Shown: in pieces, positions 31,286-44,200 of the stretch | Layout of the letters: each line of letters opens with the position of its first letter | Position numbering within the stretch: the stretch's first letter is position 1 | Source: an uncultured delta proteobacterium | Lineage (GTDB): Bacteria > Desulfobacterota > Syntrophia > Syntrophales > UBA2185 | Assembly (NCBI GenBank): GCA_963729715.1 | Contig: CAVSPA010000007.1 | Span: 1 to 64,000, forward strand | Length of the DNA: 64,000 nt | Direction: 5' to 3' | Position numbers and translations under genes: made by a program | Notes under the pieces: generated by a model | Databases searched by the model: none | What the model was told of the DNA's origin: nothing | Seen by the model: only the letters and a program-made list of their open reading frames with translations

Positions 31286-31654
31286 TCATAAGACCTCTGG
31301 CGCCAGCGAAATGATCTTCATAAACTGCTTAGCCCGTAACTCCCTTGCAACGGGGCCAAAAATCCTCGTTCCGACAGGCTCCATTTGATTAGTAATCAGG
31401 ACAGCAGAATTGTCATCAAATTTCAGATAAGATCCGTCGGGCCTCCGCACTTCTTTTGCGGTACGCACGACAACCGCTTTCATGACATCCCCTTTCTTGA
31501 CCTTCGAGTTGGGAATGGCTTCCTTTATAGAAACGACAATAACATCGCCAACGCTGGCATACCTTCTTTTGGACCCGCCAAGAACCTTAATACATGCGAC
31601 CTTCTTGGCACCTGAATTATCTGCCACATTTAAAATCGTCTGCATCTGAATCAT
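31286..31654 (-). CDS. rplN: 50S ribosomal protein L14
   Basis: [20 protein letters not shown]. Confidence 0.99.
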   Translation of the reverse strand: MIQMQTILNVADNSGAKKVACIKVLGGSKRRYASVGDVIVVSIKEAIPNSKVKKGDVMKAVVVRTAKEVRRPDGSYLKFDDNSAVLITNQMEPVGTRIFGPVARELRAKQFMKIISLAPEVL

Positions 31655-31718
31655 GATATCACCATACCTGTTCAGGAATCATTTATCACCGAACAGAATT
31701 TCTTCCGTAGATTTTCAG

Positions 31719-31976
31719 TTATTTGGCCCTTTCAATTATTGTGCGCATGCGCCACCGCTTGTCCTTGCTCAATGGCCTTGACTCAACTATGAGTACTTTA
31801 TCACCAATATTGCATGCATTTCCCTCATCATGGGCTTTATACTTGACATATCGTCTCATATACTTGTGAAACACGGAATGCTTGACCAGCCTCTCCGCAC
31901 GGACTATAACTGTCTTATCCATCTTATTGCTGACCACTATACCTTGAATGATTCTCTTATTACCGCGTTCCCTCAT
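31719..31976 (-). CDS. rpsQ: 30S ribosomal protein S17
   Basis: [20 protein letters not shown]. Confidence 0.99.
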   Translation of the reverse strand: MRERGNKRIIQGIVVSNKMDKTVIVRAERLVKHSVFHKYMRRYVKYKAHDEGNACNIGDKVLIVESRPLSKDKRWRMRTIIERAK

Positions 31977-32170
31977 ATCTTCTGGACCTCCCTTTCCCTG
32001 AGCACTGTCCTAATACGTGCAATACTTTTCCGCACAGAACTCATTATGGCAGGAGATTCCAACTGACCCGTCGTATGTCGCAGGCGGAGTTTGAAAAGTT
32101 CTTCAACAAGCTCTTTGTTTTTCTGCATGAGCTCATCAGTATCAAGATCTCTTATCTCTTTAATCTTCAC
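31973..32170 (-). CDS. rpmC: 50S ribosomal protein L29
   Basis: [16 protein letters not shown]; position in the S10 operon. Confidence 0.97.
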   Translation of the reverse strand: MKIKEIRDLDTDELMQKNKELVEELFKLRLRHTTGQLESPAIMSSVRKSIARIRTVLREREVQKI

Positions 32171-32583
32171 CCAATCATCTCCCTCGATAGAAACTTAGTT
32201 GCAATCGAAAGCTTATGAGCAGCCAGTCTGAAGGCTTCACGGGCAACTTCCTCCGTAACCCCCTCCATTTCATAGAGGACAACACCAGGTTTAACGACTG
32301 CAACCCACCCTTCAGGTGCTCCTTTTCCTTTACCCATACGGGTTTCCGCAGGTTTTTTCGTTATTGACTTATGAGGAAAAATTCTTATCCAGATTTTACC
32401 TCCTCGCTTGACGTGGCGTGTCATGGCAACACGTGCAGCTTCAATTTGCCGGGACGTTATCCAGCCGCATTCGGCGGCCTGAAGTCCATACTCTCCAAAA
32501 GTCACTACGCTTCCCCTGGTTGCCTTGCCACTCATGCGGCCCCTCTGTACTTTTCTGTACTTAACCCTCTTTGGCATCAACAT
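32167..32583 (-). CDS. rplP: 50S ribosomal protein L16
   Basis: [18 protein letters not shown]. Confidence 0.99.
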   Translation of the reverse strand: MLMPKRVKYRKVQRGRMSGKATRGSVVTFGEYGLQAAECGWITSRQIEAARVAMTRHVKRGGKIWIRIFPHKSITKKPAETRMGKGKGAPEGWVAVVKPGVVLYEMEGVTEEVAREAFRLAAHKLSIATKFLSREMIG

Positions 32584-32633
32584 AATTCAACGACCTCAGT
32601 TGTCACAGCAAAAAAACAATATCCTTTAAACAA

Positions 32634-32726
32634 AAATCCCGAGTCCTAAAAAATATTCAAAGCATGTAAAATTCAAAAAGGCGTTTTGAGTCTTGTATAG
32701 AATTGCGATATCAGGATTCAGGATTT
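32634..32726. repeat. Imperfect inverted repeat of heptamer-like units in the rpsC-rplP spacer
   Basis: AAATCCCGAGTCCTAA versus TCAGGATTCAGGATTT (13 of 16 complementary); inner hairpin ATTCAAAA-AGGCG-TTTTGAGT. Confidence 0.45.
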
Positions 32727-32733
32727 AGTCTAT

Positions 32734-33381
32734 CTATTTATCCGCCACCTTTTTACTCGGAAGCACCTCTCCGTGAAATATCCATACCTTTATGCCAATA
32801 AGTCCGTAGGCGGTATTCGCTTCTGCAAATCCCCAGTCGATATCAGCTCTCAGCGTGTGCAGGGGCACCCTTCCTTCTCTATACCATTCAGATCTCGCCA
32901 TTTCGGCTCCGCCAAGCCTGCCAGCACAATTTACTCTGATCCCCTTGGCGCCGAATTTAAGGGAAGAGGTAACACATTTTTTCATGGCCCTCCTGAAGGC
33001 AACACGTCGCTCCAGCTGAAGGGCTACATTTTCAGCAACGAGCTGTGCGTCCACTTCAGGCTTGCGCACCTCGAGTATGTTTATAATAATTTCGCTCTTC
33101 GAAACACCTTCAAGCTCTTTTTTTAGTTTCTCAATCTCCGAACCCTTCTTGCCTATGATGATTCCCGGACGTGCCGCATAAATGTTGACCTTGGCCTTGC
33201 TGGCAGCCCTCTCTATCTCTATCCTTGAAATACCCGCATGATAGAGTTTCTTCTTAAGGTATTTTCTAATATTGATATCCTCATGAACCAGCTCCGCGTA
33301 ATTCTTCTCTGAAAACCACTGCGATCGCCACGTCTTTATCCCGCCCAGCCTGAAACCGATCGGGTTAACCTTCTGCCCCAA
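32734..33381 (-). CDS. rpsC: 30S ribosomal protein S3
   Basis: [26 protein letters not shown]. Confidence 0.99.
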   Translation of the reverse strand: MGQKVNPIGFRLGGIKTWRSQWFSEKNYAELVHEDINIRKYLKKKLYHAGISRIEIERAASKAKVNIYAARPGIIIGKKGSEIEKLKKELEGVSKSEIIINILEVRKPEVDAQLVAENVALQLERRVAFRRAMKKCVTSSLKFGAKGIRVNCAGRLGGAEMARSEWYREGRVPLHTLRADIDWGFAEANTAYGLIGIKVWIFHGEVLPSKKVADK

Positions 33382-33399
33382 ACTTCACCTCCTCAATTC

Positions 33400-33732
33400 T
33401 CACTCTTCATCCAGAATTATCGTTATATGACTCATCCTCTTCTTTATGGATGCCGCCCTCCCTTGTGCCCTTGCTCTCCATCTTTTCAGTGAAGGACCCT
33501 GATCCACAAAAATATCCTTTACATAAAGTATGCTTTCATCGATGTTAGGGTTCTGTTTTGCATTAGCAACTGCGGATTTCAAAACTTTACTGATGATACC
33601 TGCAGAATATTTCCTCGTAAATTGCAGTATCGTCTTCGCCTCGTCAATTTTCTTCCCCCTCACTAAATCGACCACCAATCGAGCCTTCTGAGGAGAAACT
33701 CGAATATACTTGGCAACTGCCCTCGCTTCCAT
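33400..33732 (-). CDS. rplV: 50S ribosomal protein L22
   Basis: SPQKARLV.DL.RGK, RAQGRA; start placed at MEARAVAK. Confidence 0.98.
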   Translation of the reverse strand: MEARAVAKYIRVSPQKARLVVDLVRGKKIDEAKTILQFTRKYSAGIISKVLKSAVANAKQNPNIDESILYVKDIFVDQGPSLKRWRARAQGRAASIKKRMSHITIILDEE

Positions 33733-33769
33733 ATCTCTAAACTCCAACTACCGATTTCAGCTTAAGTTA

Positions 33770-34051
33770 TTATTTCCGCACCTTCGTTTTTCGATCACCC
33801 GCATGGCTGAAAAACGTTCTCGTCGGCGCAAATTCACCGAGTTTATGTCCCACCATATTTTCTGTAACAAAGATTGGAATAAACTTCTTCCCGTTATGAA
33901 CTGCAAAGGTATGCCCTATCAATTCAGGAGTAACTGTTGACCGGCGGGACCAAGTCTTTATGACACTCTTGCTTCCCGACTCTTCGGCCTTTCTGACCTT
34001 GTCGAGAAGCTTCTCATTTATATATGCCCCCTTCTTAATTGAACGCGCCAC
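33770..34051 (-). CDS. rpsS: 30S ribosomal protein S19
   Basis: [19 protein letters not shown]. Confidence 0.99.
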   Translation of the reverse strand: MARSIKKGAYINEKLLDKVRKAEESGSKSVIKTWSRRSTVTPELIGHTFAVHNGKKFIPIFVTENMVGHKLGEFAPTRTFFSHAGDRKTKVRK

Positions 34052-34054
34052 CTT

Positions 34055-34876
34055 CTAACCTCTTCTCTTGACAATGTATTTATCAGTCTTTTTATTTTTC
34101 CGCGTCTTATGCCCTTTTGTCGGAACGCCCCACGGTGTGCACGGATGTCTTCCTCCGGACGATTTGCCTTCACCTCCGCCCATAGGATGGTCGACTGGAT
34201 TCATGGCCACGCCCCTCACCTTGGGGCGTCTTCCCAGCCACCTTGACCGACCGGCTTTGCCGATGCTAATATTTTCATGATCGATATTGCCCACCTGCCC
34301 TATGGTCGCCTTGCAATCGAGCAGGATTTTTCTTACCTCTCCTGAAGGGAGTCTTACTTGCGCATACCCTTCTTCCTTGGCCATAAGCTGCCCGTATGTT
34401 CCCGCCGATCGGATCAGCTGGCCTCCACGCCCAATCTGCAGTTCCACATTGTGAACAAGGGAGCCGAGTGGTATATTTTTTATGGGCATGGTGTTTCCGG
34501 GTTTGATATCGGCCTTTTCGGAGCTTACGATAGTATCGCCTATGTCCATTCTTGACGGAGCGATGATGTACCTCTTCTCGCCATCGAGATAATGCAATAA
34601 GGCAATGCGTGAACTCCGATTGGGATCGTATTCCAGTTCCGCTACCTTGGCAGGTATTTCCATCTTGTCTCGCCTAAAATCAATTGCCCGATATCGCCTC
34701 TTATGACCGCCTCCAACGTGCCTCATCGTTATTCTTCCGTAGCAATTTCGTCCGCCCGTACGTTGCAGAGGTATGAGCAAACTCTTTTCAGGCTCCGTGC
34801 GTGTGATCTCATTAAAATCCGAGCACGTTTGGAATCTTCTACCCGGCGATGTTGGTTTATATTTCCTTATAGCCAT
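34055..34876 (-). CDS. rplB: 50S ribosomal protein L2
   Basis: [24 protein letters not shown]. Confidence 0.99.
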   Translation of the reverse strand: MAIRKYKPTSPGRRFQTCSDFNEITRTEPEKSLLIPLQRTGGRNCYGRITMRHVGGGHKRRYRAIDFRRDKMEIPAKVAELEYDPNRSSRIALLHYLDGEKRYIIAPSRMDIGDTIVSSEKADIKPGNTMPIKNIPLGSLVHNVELQIGRGGQLIRSAGTYGQLMAKEEGYAQVRLPSGEVRKILLDCKATIGQVGNIDHENISIGKAGRSRWLGRRPKVRGVAMNPVDHPMGGGEGKSSGGRHPCTPWGVPTKGHKTRKNKKTDKYIVKRRG

Positions 34877-34897
34877 CCGACTGTATCTCTCTCCCGT

Positions 34898-35182
34898 TTA
34901 CACGCCTTCATGAATTTCAATACGATTGCCGGGAGCAAGGGTGACGATTGCCTTTTTCCATGAACGCTTTTCACCCATAATCTTCCCAACCCGCTTTTTC
35001 TTTCCGACAATATTCATAACATGAACATCCAATACTTTTACTTTGAAGATCTTTTCCACCGCCGTGGCAACCTCAATCTTGTTTGCTCTTCGATCTACTT
35101 CAAAGATATACTTGTTTTCTTCCTTCGCACTAGTGCTCTTCTCGGTAATCAGCGCCCTTCTAATAGTATGATATATATCCAT
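34898..35182 (-). CDS. rplW: 50S ribosomal protein L23
   Basis: [19 protein letters not shown]. Confidence 0.99.
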   Translation of the reverse strand: MDIYHTIRRALITEKSTSAKEENKYIFEVDRRANKIEVATAVEKIFKVKVLDVHVMNIVGKKKRVGKIMGEKRSWKKAIVTLAPGNRIEIHEGV

Positions 35183-35805
35183 TATGACAATAACGCCCCT
35201 TCAATCATCTTCACCGATGGTTCAAAGAGAACCACATGATCGTAGTTCAGAAGGTCATAAACATTGATCCCCTCCGACCGAATCAATTTGATTCCCTCCA
35301 CATTTCTTGAGGATTTCTCCAAGACAGGATTAGACTTGTCTAAAACAAGCAAGGCCTTTTTCAAACCGAATCGATCAATAACCTCCTTGAACTTCTTTGT
35401 CTTAATTTCTTCCATGGGAAAATCTTTCAGTATCAACATCTTCCCTTCCCTTACCTTCATGCTCAGGGCAGACATCAAGGCCAGTTTCCTGACTTTCTTC
35501 GGTACTTTATACGCGTAACTCCGCGGATGAGGCCCGAACACAATCCCGCCACCCCGCCATAGGGGAGACCTTATAGTGCCGGCTCTCGCTCTGCCTGTGC
35601 CTTTCTGGCGCCAAGGTTTCCTGCCTCCTCCTCTGATTTCCTGCCTCCTCTTGGTTGACGCAGTGCCGGACCTTCTCCCTGCCATCTGCATTCTGACCAC
35701 ATCATGCAGTACGGTTTCATTGACCTCCACAGCAAAGACAGCATCACTTAAATCGATCTCCGATACTCTGTTATTCTCAATATCGTATACACCGGCAACT
35801 GGCAT
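35182..35805 (-). CDS. rplD: 50S ribosomal protein L4
   Basis: [22 protein letters not shown]. Confidence 0.99.
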   Translation of the reverse strand: MPVAGVYDIENNRVSEIDLSDAVFAVEVNETVLHDVVRMQMAGRRSGTASTKRRQEIRGGGRKPWRQKGTGRARAGTIRSPLWRGGGIVFGPHPRSYAYKVPKKVRKLALMSALSMKVREGKMLILKDFPMEEIKTKKFKEVIDRFGLKKALLVLDKSNPVLEKSSRNVEGIKLIRSEGINVYDLLNYDHVVLFEPSVKMIEGALLS

Positions 35806-35826
35806 TTTATCTACTCCAGATCCTGC

Positions 35827-36459
35827 TTAACCACCCATTTTAGTTGATTGCCTGATAATGACAATGCTATTTTTACAACCCGGAATAGATCCCTTAACCA
35901 AAATCAGATTCCGCTCCGGCCTTATACCCATCACCAATAAATTTTGTATTGTCTTCCTCACATCGCCCATCTGTCCAGGAAGCTTTTTCCCCTTCAGAAC
36001 TCGCGATGGCTCCGCACTCGCCCCGATAGATCCTGGCGCCCTATGAAACATCGATCCGTGCGTCGCCCTGCCGCCGCTGAAGCCGTGTCTTTTAATAACG
36101 CCGGCAAACCCTTTGCCTTTTGAGGTGCCGACGACATCTATATAATCTCCAATCTTAAACGTATCGACCTTCAGTTCCTGCCCGAGCTCATAGCTATCTG
36201 TAGCAGTTCTGAATTCCTTGAGATTACGGAAAAACCCTTTGTTTGCTTTATTAAGATGGCCCTGCAAGGCCTTCGTCACATTCTTCTGCTTAATCCGTCC
36301 GTATCCCAATTGTAGTGCATCGTAGCCATCATCTTTTTGAGTTTTTTTCTGAACGACAACAGATGGTTCCGCCTCGATGACAGTTACCGGAATAGATTCG
36401 CCGTCTTCCGCAAAAATTTGTGTCATGCCTAATTTCCTGCCGAGGAGCAACTTTTTCAT
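35827..36459 (-). CDS. rplC: 50S ribosomal protein L3
   Basis: [26 protein letters not shown]. Confidence 0.99.
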   Translation of the reverse strand: MKKLLLGRKLGMTQIFAEDGESIPVTVIEAEPSVVVQKKTQKDDGYDALQLGYGRIKQKNVTKALQGHLNKANKGFFRNLKEFRTATDSYELGQELKVDTFKIGDYIDVVGTSKGKGFAGVIKRHGFSGGRATHGSMFHRAPGSIGASAEPSRVLKGKKLPGQMGDVRKTIQNLLVMGIRPERNLILVKGSIPGCKNSIVIIRQSTKMGG

Positions 36460-36657
36460 GTTCTTCCTACAATATTTAGCACTCGATGGGCAGTCAAAAG
36501 CTTACGTGCGCGTCAGCCTTTACAACCGCCTGATAGTTCTGCGTATGCCTGATTACTTCAGTATACGACTCTTTAAAAGGGCGCATCATTTCTAACAAAT
36601 GACATCCAATCCCTTCACACATGACAAAGAAGATGCTGATAGTATCTCGTGTATGAT

Positions 36658-36966
36658 CTATAATTTTATTTCAACGTCGACGCCCGCAGACAGGTCCAAT
36701 TTCATCAGCGCATCTACAGTAGATTGCGTCGGCTCAATAATATCAATGAGTCTCTTGTGTGTCCTGATCTCAAATTGCTCCCTTGATTTCTTGTCTACGT
36801 GAGGAGATCGATTGACGCAAAATTTGTTGATTTCCGTGGGGAGGGGTATGGGACCAGCCACACGGGCTCCCGTCCTTTTTGCCGTCTCAACAATATCTTC
36901 GACAGACCTGTCAAGGAGTTTATAATCATATGCCTTGAGGCGGATTCTTATTCTCTGATCTTTCAT
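36658..36966 (-). CDS. rpsJ: 30S ribosomal protein S10
   Basis: [30 protein letters not shown]. Confidence 0.99.
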   Translation of the reverse strand: MKDQRIRIRLKAYDYKLLDRSVEDIVETAKRTGARVAGPIPLPTEINKFCVNRSPHVDKKSREQFEIRTHKRLIDIIEPTQSTVDALMKLDLSAGVDVEIKL

Positions 36967-36992
36967 AGATATATCAACCTATCGCATTCCTT

Positions 36993-38186
36993 CTATTCAA
37001 TTATCTTACTGACAACACCGGCGCCGACAGTTCGACCGCCTTCCCTGATGGCGAACCTGAGCTGTTCTTCCATGGCGATGGGGGTGATCAAATCTACTTC
37101 AACTTCGATGTTGTCACCAGGCATCACCATCTCGACACCTTCAGGCAGCGTACAGATCCCTGTGACATCCGTGGTTCTGAAATAGAACTGTGGACGGTAG
37201 CCGGGAAAGAAGGGCGTATGCCTTCCGCCTTCCTCTTTGGTCAGAACGTAGACTGCAGCTTTAAATTTCGTATGGGGCGTAATTGATCCCGGTTTTGCCA
37301 CAACTTGGCCTCTTTCAACTTCTTCTCGTTTGGTGCCTCTTAAGAGAACACCGATATCATCGCCCGCCCTGCCCTCATCAAGGGTCTTGCGAAACATCTC
37401 CACACCCGTACATACTGTCTTGAACGTAGGTCTGAAACCGACTATTTCCACTTCATCTCCCGTTCTGATGATACCTCTTTCCGCCCTGCCGGTAACCACG
37501 GTCCCACGGCCCGATATGGAGAACACATCACCAATAGGCATGAGGAAAGGCTTATCCAAATCGCGCGTAGGCTCCGGAATATAGGTATCGACGGCATCCA
37601 TCAACTCCCAGATAGACTTTGCATCAGGCGAATCAGGATCATCAGTCTCCAGAGCCTTCAGGGCTGACCCTCTGATTATGGGAACTTCATCTCCGGGAAA
37701 TTCATACTGTGTCAAGAGCTCCCGCAATTCAAGCTCTACGAGATCCAAGAGTTCCGGGTCATCTACAAGGTCGATCTTGTTCAAATAGACAACGATATAG
37801 GGAACCCGAACCTGTCTTGCAAGGAGGATGTGCTCTCTTGTCTGAGGCATGGGACCATCTGAAGCAGCCACCACCAGGATCGTTCCGTCCATGTGAGCTG
37901 CACCTGATATCATGTTCTTTATATAGTCCGCGTGGCCAGGGCAATCTACGTGGGCATAATGTCTCTTCGCTGTCTCATATTCCACGTGCGCAACGTTAAT
38001 GGTAACTCCCCTTTCTTTTTCCTCTGGTGCATTGTCTATGGAATCAAAGGGTCTGAATTCGGCCAATCCTTTTTTCTGCAAGTGTTTTGTAATTGCCGCC
38101 GTCAGGGTAGTCTTACCATGATCTACGTGCCCAATGGTGCCAATATTCACATGCGGTTTCGTCCTCTCAAATTTCTTCTTAGCCAT
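36993..38186 (-). CDS. tuf: Elongation factor Tu
   Basis: [32 protein letters not shown]; start placed at MAKKKFER. Confidence 0.99.
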   Translation of the reverse strand: MAKKKFERTKPHVNIGTIGHVDHGKTTLTAAITKHLQKKGLAEFRPFDSIDNAPEEKERGVTINVAHVEYETAKRHYAHVDCPGHADYIKNMISGAAHMDGTILVVAASDGPMPQTREHILLARQVRVPYIVVYLNKIDLVDDPELLDLVELELRELLTQYEFPGDEVPIIRGSALKALETDDPDSPDAKSIWELMDAVDTYIPEPTRDLDKPFLMPIGDVFSISGRGTVVTGRAERGIIRTGDEVEIVGFRPTFKTVCTGVEMFRKTLDEGRAGDDIGVLLRGTKREEVERGQVVAKPGSITPHTKFKAAVYVLTKEEGGRHTPFFPGYRPQFYFRTTDVTGICTLPEGVEMVMPGDNIEVEVDLITPIAMEEQLRFAIREGGRTVGAGVVSKIIE

Positions 38187-38236
38187 ATCCATTACCTCCT
38201 TCAACTTTAAATGGTTCGTTTATTCACTATACTTCT

Positions 38237-40324
38237 TTATGCTTCATCGATTGTCTTTAGTCTGTCAATGACCAGCTTCGCCTGACTTTCTGACACTGCA
38301 TGGTAATTAAGAAAACGCATTGTAAAAGTTGCTCTTCCCTGAGTTTTTGATCTAAGATCAGTAGCATATCCGAACATTTCTGCCAGAGGAACCTCGGCAT
38401 TAATTGCCTCCAAAGAAGGCCTTGACTCAATACTCACTATTTTCCCCCGTCTCGAAGTGAGATTTCCAATAACATCACCCATATATTCTTTGGGGACTAT
38501 GACTTCCACAGACATTATTGGCTCCATCAAGACGGGGTGAGCTCTTCTTGCCCCGCTCTTGAATGCCATGGAGGCCGCTATCTTAAATGCCATTTCGGAA
38601 GAATCCACGTCGTGAAAAGAGCCATCCACGGCACTGACAATGACATCTACCACGGGAAAGCCTGCCAGAACACCCTCCTGTGTAGCCTCGGAGACGCCCC
38701 TTGCCACTGCCGGAATATACTCGCCGGGAATAACCCCGCCGACAATCTTATTCCTGAATTCAAATCCTCGACCTGGCTCATTAGGTTCAATCTCCAGCCA
38801 CACGTGACCATACTGTCCTCTGCCGCCGGACTGTTTAACAAACTTGCCTTCAGATCTGATTCTTTTTCTGATAGTCTCCTTGTAAGCCACCTGCGGATCA
38901 CCGATGTTGGCGCCTAATCCAAATTCTCTCGATAGTCGGTCGACGATAATTTCTAAATGCAACTCTCCCATCCCCGAGATTAAGGTTTGACCCGTATCTT
39001 TGTCGACCTTAACCCTGAAGGAAGGGTCTTCACGGGAGATCTTTCTGAGAGCCGTATCCAGTTTTTCCTCATCCGCCTTCGTTTTTGGCTCTATGGCTAT
39101 GGCAATAACGGGATCGGGAAACTCCAGAGTCTCCAATGCAAGAGGATGTTCCGTATCACAAAGAGTATCGCCTGTAGTCGTCAGGTTAAGACCCACGGCG
39201 GCAGCTATGTCACCAGTGCGTACTTCTTTGATCTCCTCCCTCTTATTGGCATGCATTTTTAGCAAGCGGCCGATGCGCTCCTTCTTTCCTTTGGACACAT
39301 TATATACATAGGAACCGGCAGAGAGTACACCTGAGTATACCCTGAAATAGGTCAACTGACCGACATAGGGATCAGTCACAATCTTAAATGCCAACGCTGA
39401 AAAAGCTTCATCATCGTCCGGCATTCTTTCTATCTTCTCCCCCTTCCTGCCAATGCCGATAACCGGAGGCATGTCCAGCGGAGAAGGAAGGTAATCGATG
39501 ACTGCATCCAAGAGAGGTTGAACACCTTTATTCTTGAAGGCAGAGCCGCACAATACCGGCGTCGCTTTCAAGGATAGTGTCGCCTTCCTCAAGGCGCTTA
39601 TAATCTCTTCTTGTGAAAGAGCTTCTTCATTGAGATATTTCTTCATCAGGTTCTCATCGTGATCGGAAAGAAACTCTATGAGCTTCTCTCGCTCCCGACG
39701 AGAGGCATCAAGAAGATCAGGCGGAATCTCACTCACGCTGAACTTAGCCCCCAGGGAATATTCATCGTAAATGATCGCCTTCATACGTATAAGATCGATT
39801 ACTCCCCGGAAGAATTCTTCCTTGCCGATGGGCATCTGAACGGGTATCGGATGCGCCCCGAGCCTGTCGCGGATCGCGGCAACAACCTTCTCAAAATCGG
39901 CCCCTACCCTATCCATCTTATTGACAAAGATAACTCGCGGGACGCGGTACTTATCCGCTTGACCCCAAACTACCTCGGACTGGGGTTCCACGCCTCCCAC
40001 TGCGCAGAAAAGGGCAACGGCACCGTCTAAAATTCTCAAAGATCTTTCCACTTCTATGGTGAAGTCAACATGGCCGGGCGTATCGATGAGGTTGATGCGG
40101 TGGTCGCTCCACGTGCATGTAGTAGCCGCAGCCGTGATGGTTATACCCCGCTCCTGCTCCTGCTCCATCCAATCCATGGTGGCCGTTCCTTCATCGACCT
40201 CACCCATCTTGTAGGAGCCGTGAGTATAATAAAGGATCCGTTCGGTTGTTGTCGTCTTGCCGGCATCAATGTGCGCCATAATGCCGATATTGCGAAGACT
40301 CTGTAAAGGAACAATGCGTGCCAA
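38237..40324 (-). CDS. fusA: Elongation factor G
   Basis: [40 protein letters not shown] start. Confidence 0.99.
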   Translation of the reverse strand: MARIVPLQSLRNIGIMAHIDAGKTTTTERILYYTHGSYKMGEVDEGTATMDWMEQEQERGITITAAATTCTWSDHRINLIDTPGHVDFTIEVERSLRILDGAVALFCAVGGVEPQSEVVWGQADKYRVPRVIFVNKMDRVGADFEKVVAAIRDRLGAHPIPVQMPIGKEEFFRGVIDLIRMKAIIYDEYSLGAKFSVSEIPPDLLDASRREREKLIEFLSDHDENLMKKYLNEEALSQEEIISALRKATLSLKATPVLCGSAFKNKGVQPLLDAVIDYLPSPLDMPPVIGIGRKGEKIERMPDDDEAFSALAFKIVTDPYVGQLTYFRVYSGVLSAGSYVYNVSKGKKERIGRLLKMHANKREEIKEVRTGDIAAAVGLNLTTTGDTLCDTEHPLALETLEFPDPVIAIAIEPKTKADEEKLDTALRKISREDPSFRVKVDKDTGQTLISGMGELHLEIIVDRLSREFGLGANIGDPQVAYKETIRKRIRSEGKFVKQSGGRGQYGHVWLEIEPNEPGRGFEFRNKIVGGVIPGEYIPAVARGVSEATQEGVLAGFPVVDVIVSAVDGSFHDVDSSEMAFKIAASMAFKSGARRAHPVLMEPIMSVEVIVPKEYMGDVIGNLTSRRGKIVSIESRPSLEAINAEVPLAEMFGYATDLRSKTQGRATFTMRFLNYHAVSESQAKLVIDRLKTIDEA

Positions 40325-40353
40325 TTAATATTCACCCAAACCTTCAAGCAAAG

Positions 40354-40824
40354 CTAAAACCGGTAGTGGGCAAATGCCTTATTCGCCTCTGCCATCTTGT
40401 GAACGCTTTCTCTTTTCTTGACGGAAGCGCCTCTGTTATTAGCGGCATCGATCAATTCGGCAGCAAGCTTTTCTTGCATGGTTTTTTCGGCACGTTCTTT
40501 TGCATGAATAATTAACCAACGAATTGCCAGGGCAACTCTTCTCTCCGGCACAACTTCAGTTGGCACCTGATACGTAGATCCTCCGACACGTCGTGATTTT
40601 ACTTCTATCAGAGGCTTGACGTTACTTACGGCCTTTTCAAAGACTTCTACAGGCTGCTCTTTCGTTCTCTTTTCAATAATATCAAAAGCCCCGTAGAACA
40701 TCGATTCTGCAATGCTTTTTTTGCCCTTCCGCAACAGACAATTAATAAATCTTGCCACAAGCTTATTATTGTACTTTGGATCCGGTATTACTTCTCTTTT
40801 TGCAATCTCTCTTCTTCTCGGCAT
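40354..40824 (-). CDS. rpsG: 30S ribosomal protein S7
   Basis: [25 protein letters not shown]. Confidence 0.99.
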   Translation of the reverse strand: MPRRREIAKREVIPDPKYNNKLVARFINCLLRKGKKSIAESMFYGAFDIIEKRTKEQPVEVFEKAVSNVKPLIEVKSRRVGGSTYQVPTEVVPERRVALAIRWLIIHAKERAEKTMQEKLAAELIDAANNRGASVKKRESVHKMAEANKAFAHYRF

Positions 40825-40837
40825 GACCTATTCTCAC

Positions 40838-41209
40838 TTAGCTCGGCTTCTTGGCCCCGTATTTTGATCTGCCCTGCTTTCTGTCCTGAACTCCGACGGC
40901 ATCGAGCGTGCCTCTGATAATATGATACCGTACACCCGGAAGATCTTTCACTCTGCCGCCCCTAACTAAAACAACGGAGTGCTCTTGAAGATTATGGCCC
41001 ACTCCCGGTATATAAGATGTCACTTCATATCCACTGGCGAGACGAACCCTTGCGACCTTTCTCAAAGCAGAATTTGGTTTCTTGGGTGTGGAGGTATACA
41101 CGCGAACGCAAACACCCCGTCTCTGCGGTGAACCGGCCAGAGCAGGTGTTGACGTCTTCTTCTGTATTTTCGTCCTTCCCTTGCGGACCAATTGATTCAG
41201 CGTCGGCAT
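40838..41209 (-). CDS. rpsL: 30S ribosomal protein S12
   Basis: [20 protein letters not shown]. Confidence 0.99.
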   Translation of the reverse strand: MPTLNQLVRKGRTKIQKKTSTPALAGSPQRRGVCVRVYTSTPKKPNSALRKVARVRLASGYEVTSYIPGVGHNLQEHSVVLVRGGRVKDLPGVRYHIIRGTLDAVGVQDRKQGRSKYGAKKPS

Positions 41210-41266
41210 GATTCCTCCTAAAATTTTCTTAACTTATGCCATTCGTACATAAAAGATGATTTTCTA

Positions 41267-44200
41267 TCAACTTGTGGCCTTTATGTCAACATCTTTTTCA
41301 ATTAATTTTTCATCAGTCTCCTGACTTTCCATTTCGTCTCCGATCTCTGCATCCGCCACCTTAATGCCCAGCTTCCTGTACATAGGAAGACCGGTCCCTG
41401 CAGGAATCAGCCGCCCCATTATTACATTCTCTTTGAGCCCTCTTAAATAATCTATCTTCCCGGCGAGGCTCGCCTCCGTAAGGACACGTGTTGTCTCCTG
41501 GAACGAGGCCGCAGATATGAAACTCTGTGTGCTGAGAGATGCCTTGGTAATGCCGAGAAGCATCGGTTCTCCGATAGCGGGCTTTTCTCCCTTACCAACG
41601 ACTCGTTCGTTTTCTTCCTGGAAACGATATCTTTCCACCTGTTCATCAGCGATGAACGATGTGTCGCCCGGGTCTTTCACTTTCACCCTTCGCAACATCT
41701 GGCGAACAATTATCTCCATATGTTTGTCGTTGATCTTAACTCCCTGAAGTCTGTACACCTCCTGCACCTCATCGACCAGGTACCTGGCCAACGCTTTCTC
41801 ACCTTTGATCGCAAGAAGATCGTGAGGATTGTGTACACCGTCCATCAGCGCTTCACCGGCTTGAATCCTGTCGCCTTCCTGAACGCTGACATGTTTTCCC
41901 TTAGGAATGAGATATTCCTTGTCTTCTCCCACGTCCGGGCTAATAATTACTTTCCTTTTCCCCTTTGCATCTTTACCGTATGACACCGTCCCATCAATCT
42001 CACTTATAACGGCAAATTCCCTCGGCTTTCGAGCCTCAAAAAGCTCTGCCACTCTCGGAAGACCTCCGGTGATATCCTTGGTTTTCGTCGTCTCTCTGGG
42101 AATCTTGGCAACAATGTCGCCTGCCTTGATCTTATCGCCTTCGGAAACCACAATATTTGCACCTACGGGTAGGAGATATCTTGCTACGGCATTGGTACCC
42201 GGGATCTTTGCTGTCTTGCCTTTCTCGTCTTTGATGGAAACCCGCGTACGGAAGTTGGCACCCTTATATTCGACTATAACTTTTCTTGAAAGACCGGTCA
42301 CTTCATCGACCTGTTCCTGCATTGTCTTTCCTTCCAATATGTCGCCATACTTTACGGTCCCGTCAACCTCGGCAAGTATCGGTATGGAAAAAGGATCCCA
42401 CTCCGCAAGAAGATCCCCCGTTTTCACGACGTTGCCATTCTTGACTTTGAGATGGGCCCCATATGGGACCGGATATTTCCCGCGACTTCTGGCCTGTTCG
42501 TCAAGAACATGAACTTCTCCGTTTCTGTTCATCACGACGATATCCTTCCCATGACCCTTAACAGTGTTGAGGTGCACGTACTTCACGGTGCCGTCATGCC
42601 TCGCTTCAAGCGTGGAATGTTCCTCAAACTTAGCAGTACCGCCGATGTGAAATGTTCGCATAGTGAGCTGGGTTCCAGGTTCACCGATGGACTGAGCTGC
42701 AATGATACCCACGGCCTCACCTATATTGACGAGATGACCATGGGCCAAGTCTCTTCCATAGCACATGGCGCAAACGCCTTGCTTTGATTTGCATGTAAGG
42801 ACAGATCTTATATTTATCCTTTCTACACCGGACTTATCAATTTTCTCGGCTAAGGCTTCATCGATTGCTTCATTCGCATGTACAATAATTTCACCGGTAA
42901 AAGGATCCTTTATTTCTTCCAACGCAACTCTTCCGAGAACTCTTTCTCCGGCCGCTTCTATAATCTCCCCACCTTCCATTAGGGCTGAGACATAAATTCC
43001 ATCAATGGTGTTGCAATCATTTTCACTTATAATGCAATCTTGGGCTACATCGACAAGCCGTCTGGTTAGATATCCGGAATTGGCTGTTTTCAGGGCCGTG
43101 TCGGCCAAGCCTTTCCTTGCACCATGCGTAGAAATAAAATATTGAAGAACAGTAAGACCTTCTCGGAAATTTGCAGTGATCGGGGTTTCAATAATTTCCC
43201 CTGATGGCTTGGCCATCAGACCCCTCATACCCGCAAGTTGCCTGATCTGAACAGCGCTGCCCCTCGCACCAGAATCGGCCATCATATAGATAGGATTCAG
43301 GCTTTCTCCCGGCCTCTTCGAGCCAGTAGCTGCATCATTTTCTTCTTCCCCGATGCCGCTTAACATCTCGGCGGCAATCTTTTCTGTCGCCTGTGCCCAG
43401 ATGTCGATGACCTTATTGTAGCGCTCACCATCCGTAATAAGACCATCCATATACTGATTCTGTACTTTCAGTACCTCTTTATCAGCCAAAGCTACTATAT
43501 CTTTCTTGTTCTCGGGAACGACCATATTATGGATCGCAATAGATGTCCCCGAAGCAGTAGCATACTTAAATCCCAAATCCTTAAGTTGATCGGCAAGCAA
43601 GACTGCCGTTTTTGCGCCACACGACCGGTAACAATTATCAATAAGATTCGCCAACTCCTTCTTATTCATCACTTTATTAATGGCATCGAAGGGAATCTCC
43701 TGAGGAATAATATCATAAAGAATAACCCTGCCAACGGTTGTATCCTTCAATTCACCGTCGATGCGTACTCGCACCTTTGCGTGAAGACGAACGGCATCAG
43801 CATCGAGGGCTCTACGGACTTCTCCAGAATCTGAAAAAGTCATCCCCTCACCTTTGATGTCAGACCTGGCACGTGTCAGGTAATAAATCCCGAGCACGAT
43901 ATCCTGACTCGGATTAATGATCGGCTTTCCATTGGCTGGAGAAAGTATATTGTTCGTTGACATCATCAGGACTCTGGCCTCTGTCTGAGCCTCAATGGAT
44001 AGGGGGACATGGACGGCCATCTGGTCCCCGTCAAAATCGGCGTTAAATGCCGTGCAGACCAGGGGATGGAGCTGTATCGCCTTCCCCTCAATCAGAACCG
44101 GCTCAAAGGCCTGAATGCCAAGCCTGTGCAGGGTTGGAGCCCTGTTGAGCATTACTGGATATTCGCGCACCACTTCATCGAGTGCATCCCATACCTCGGC

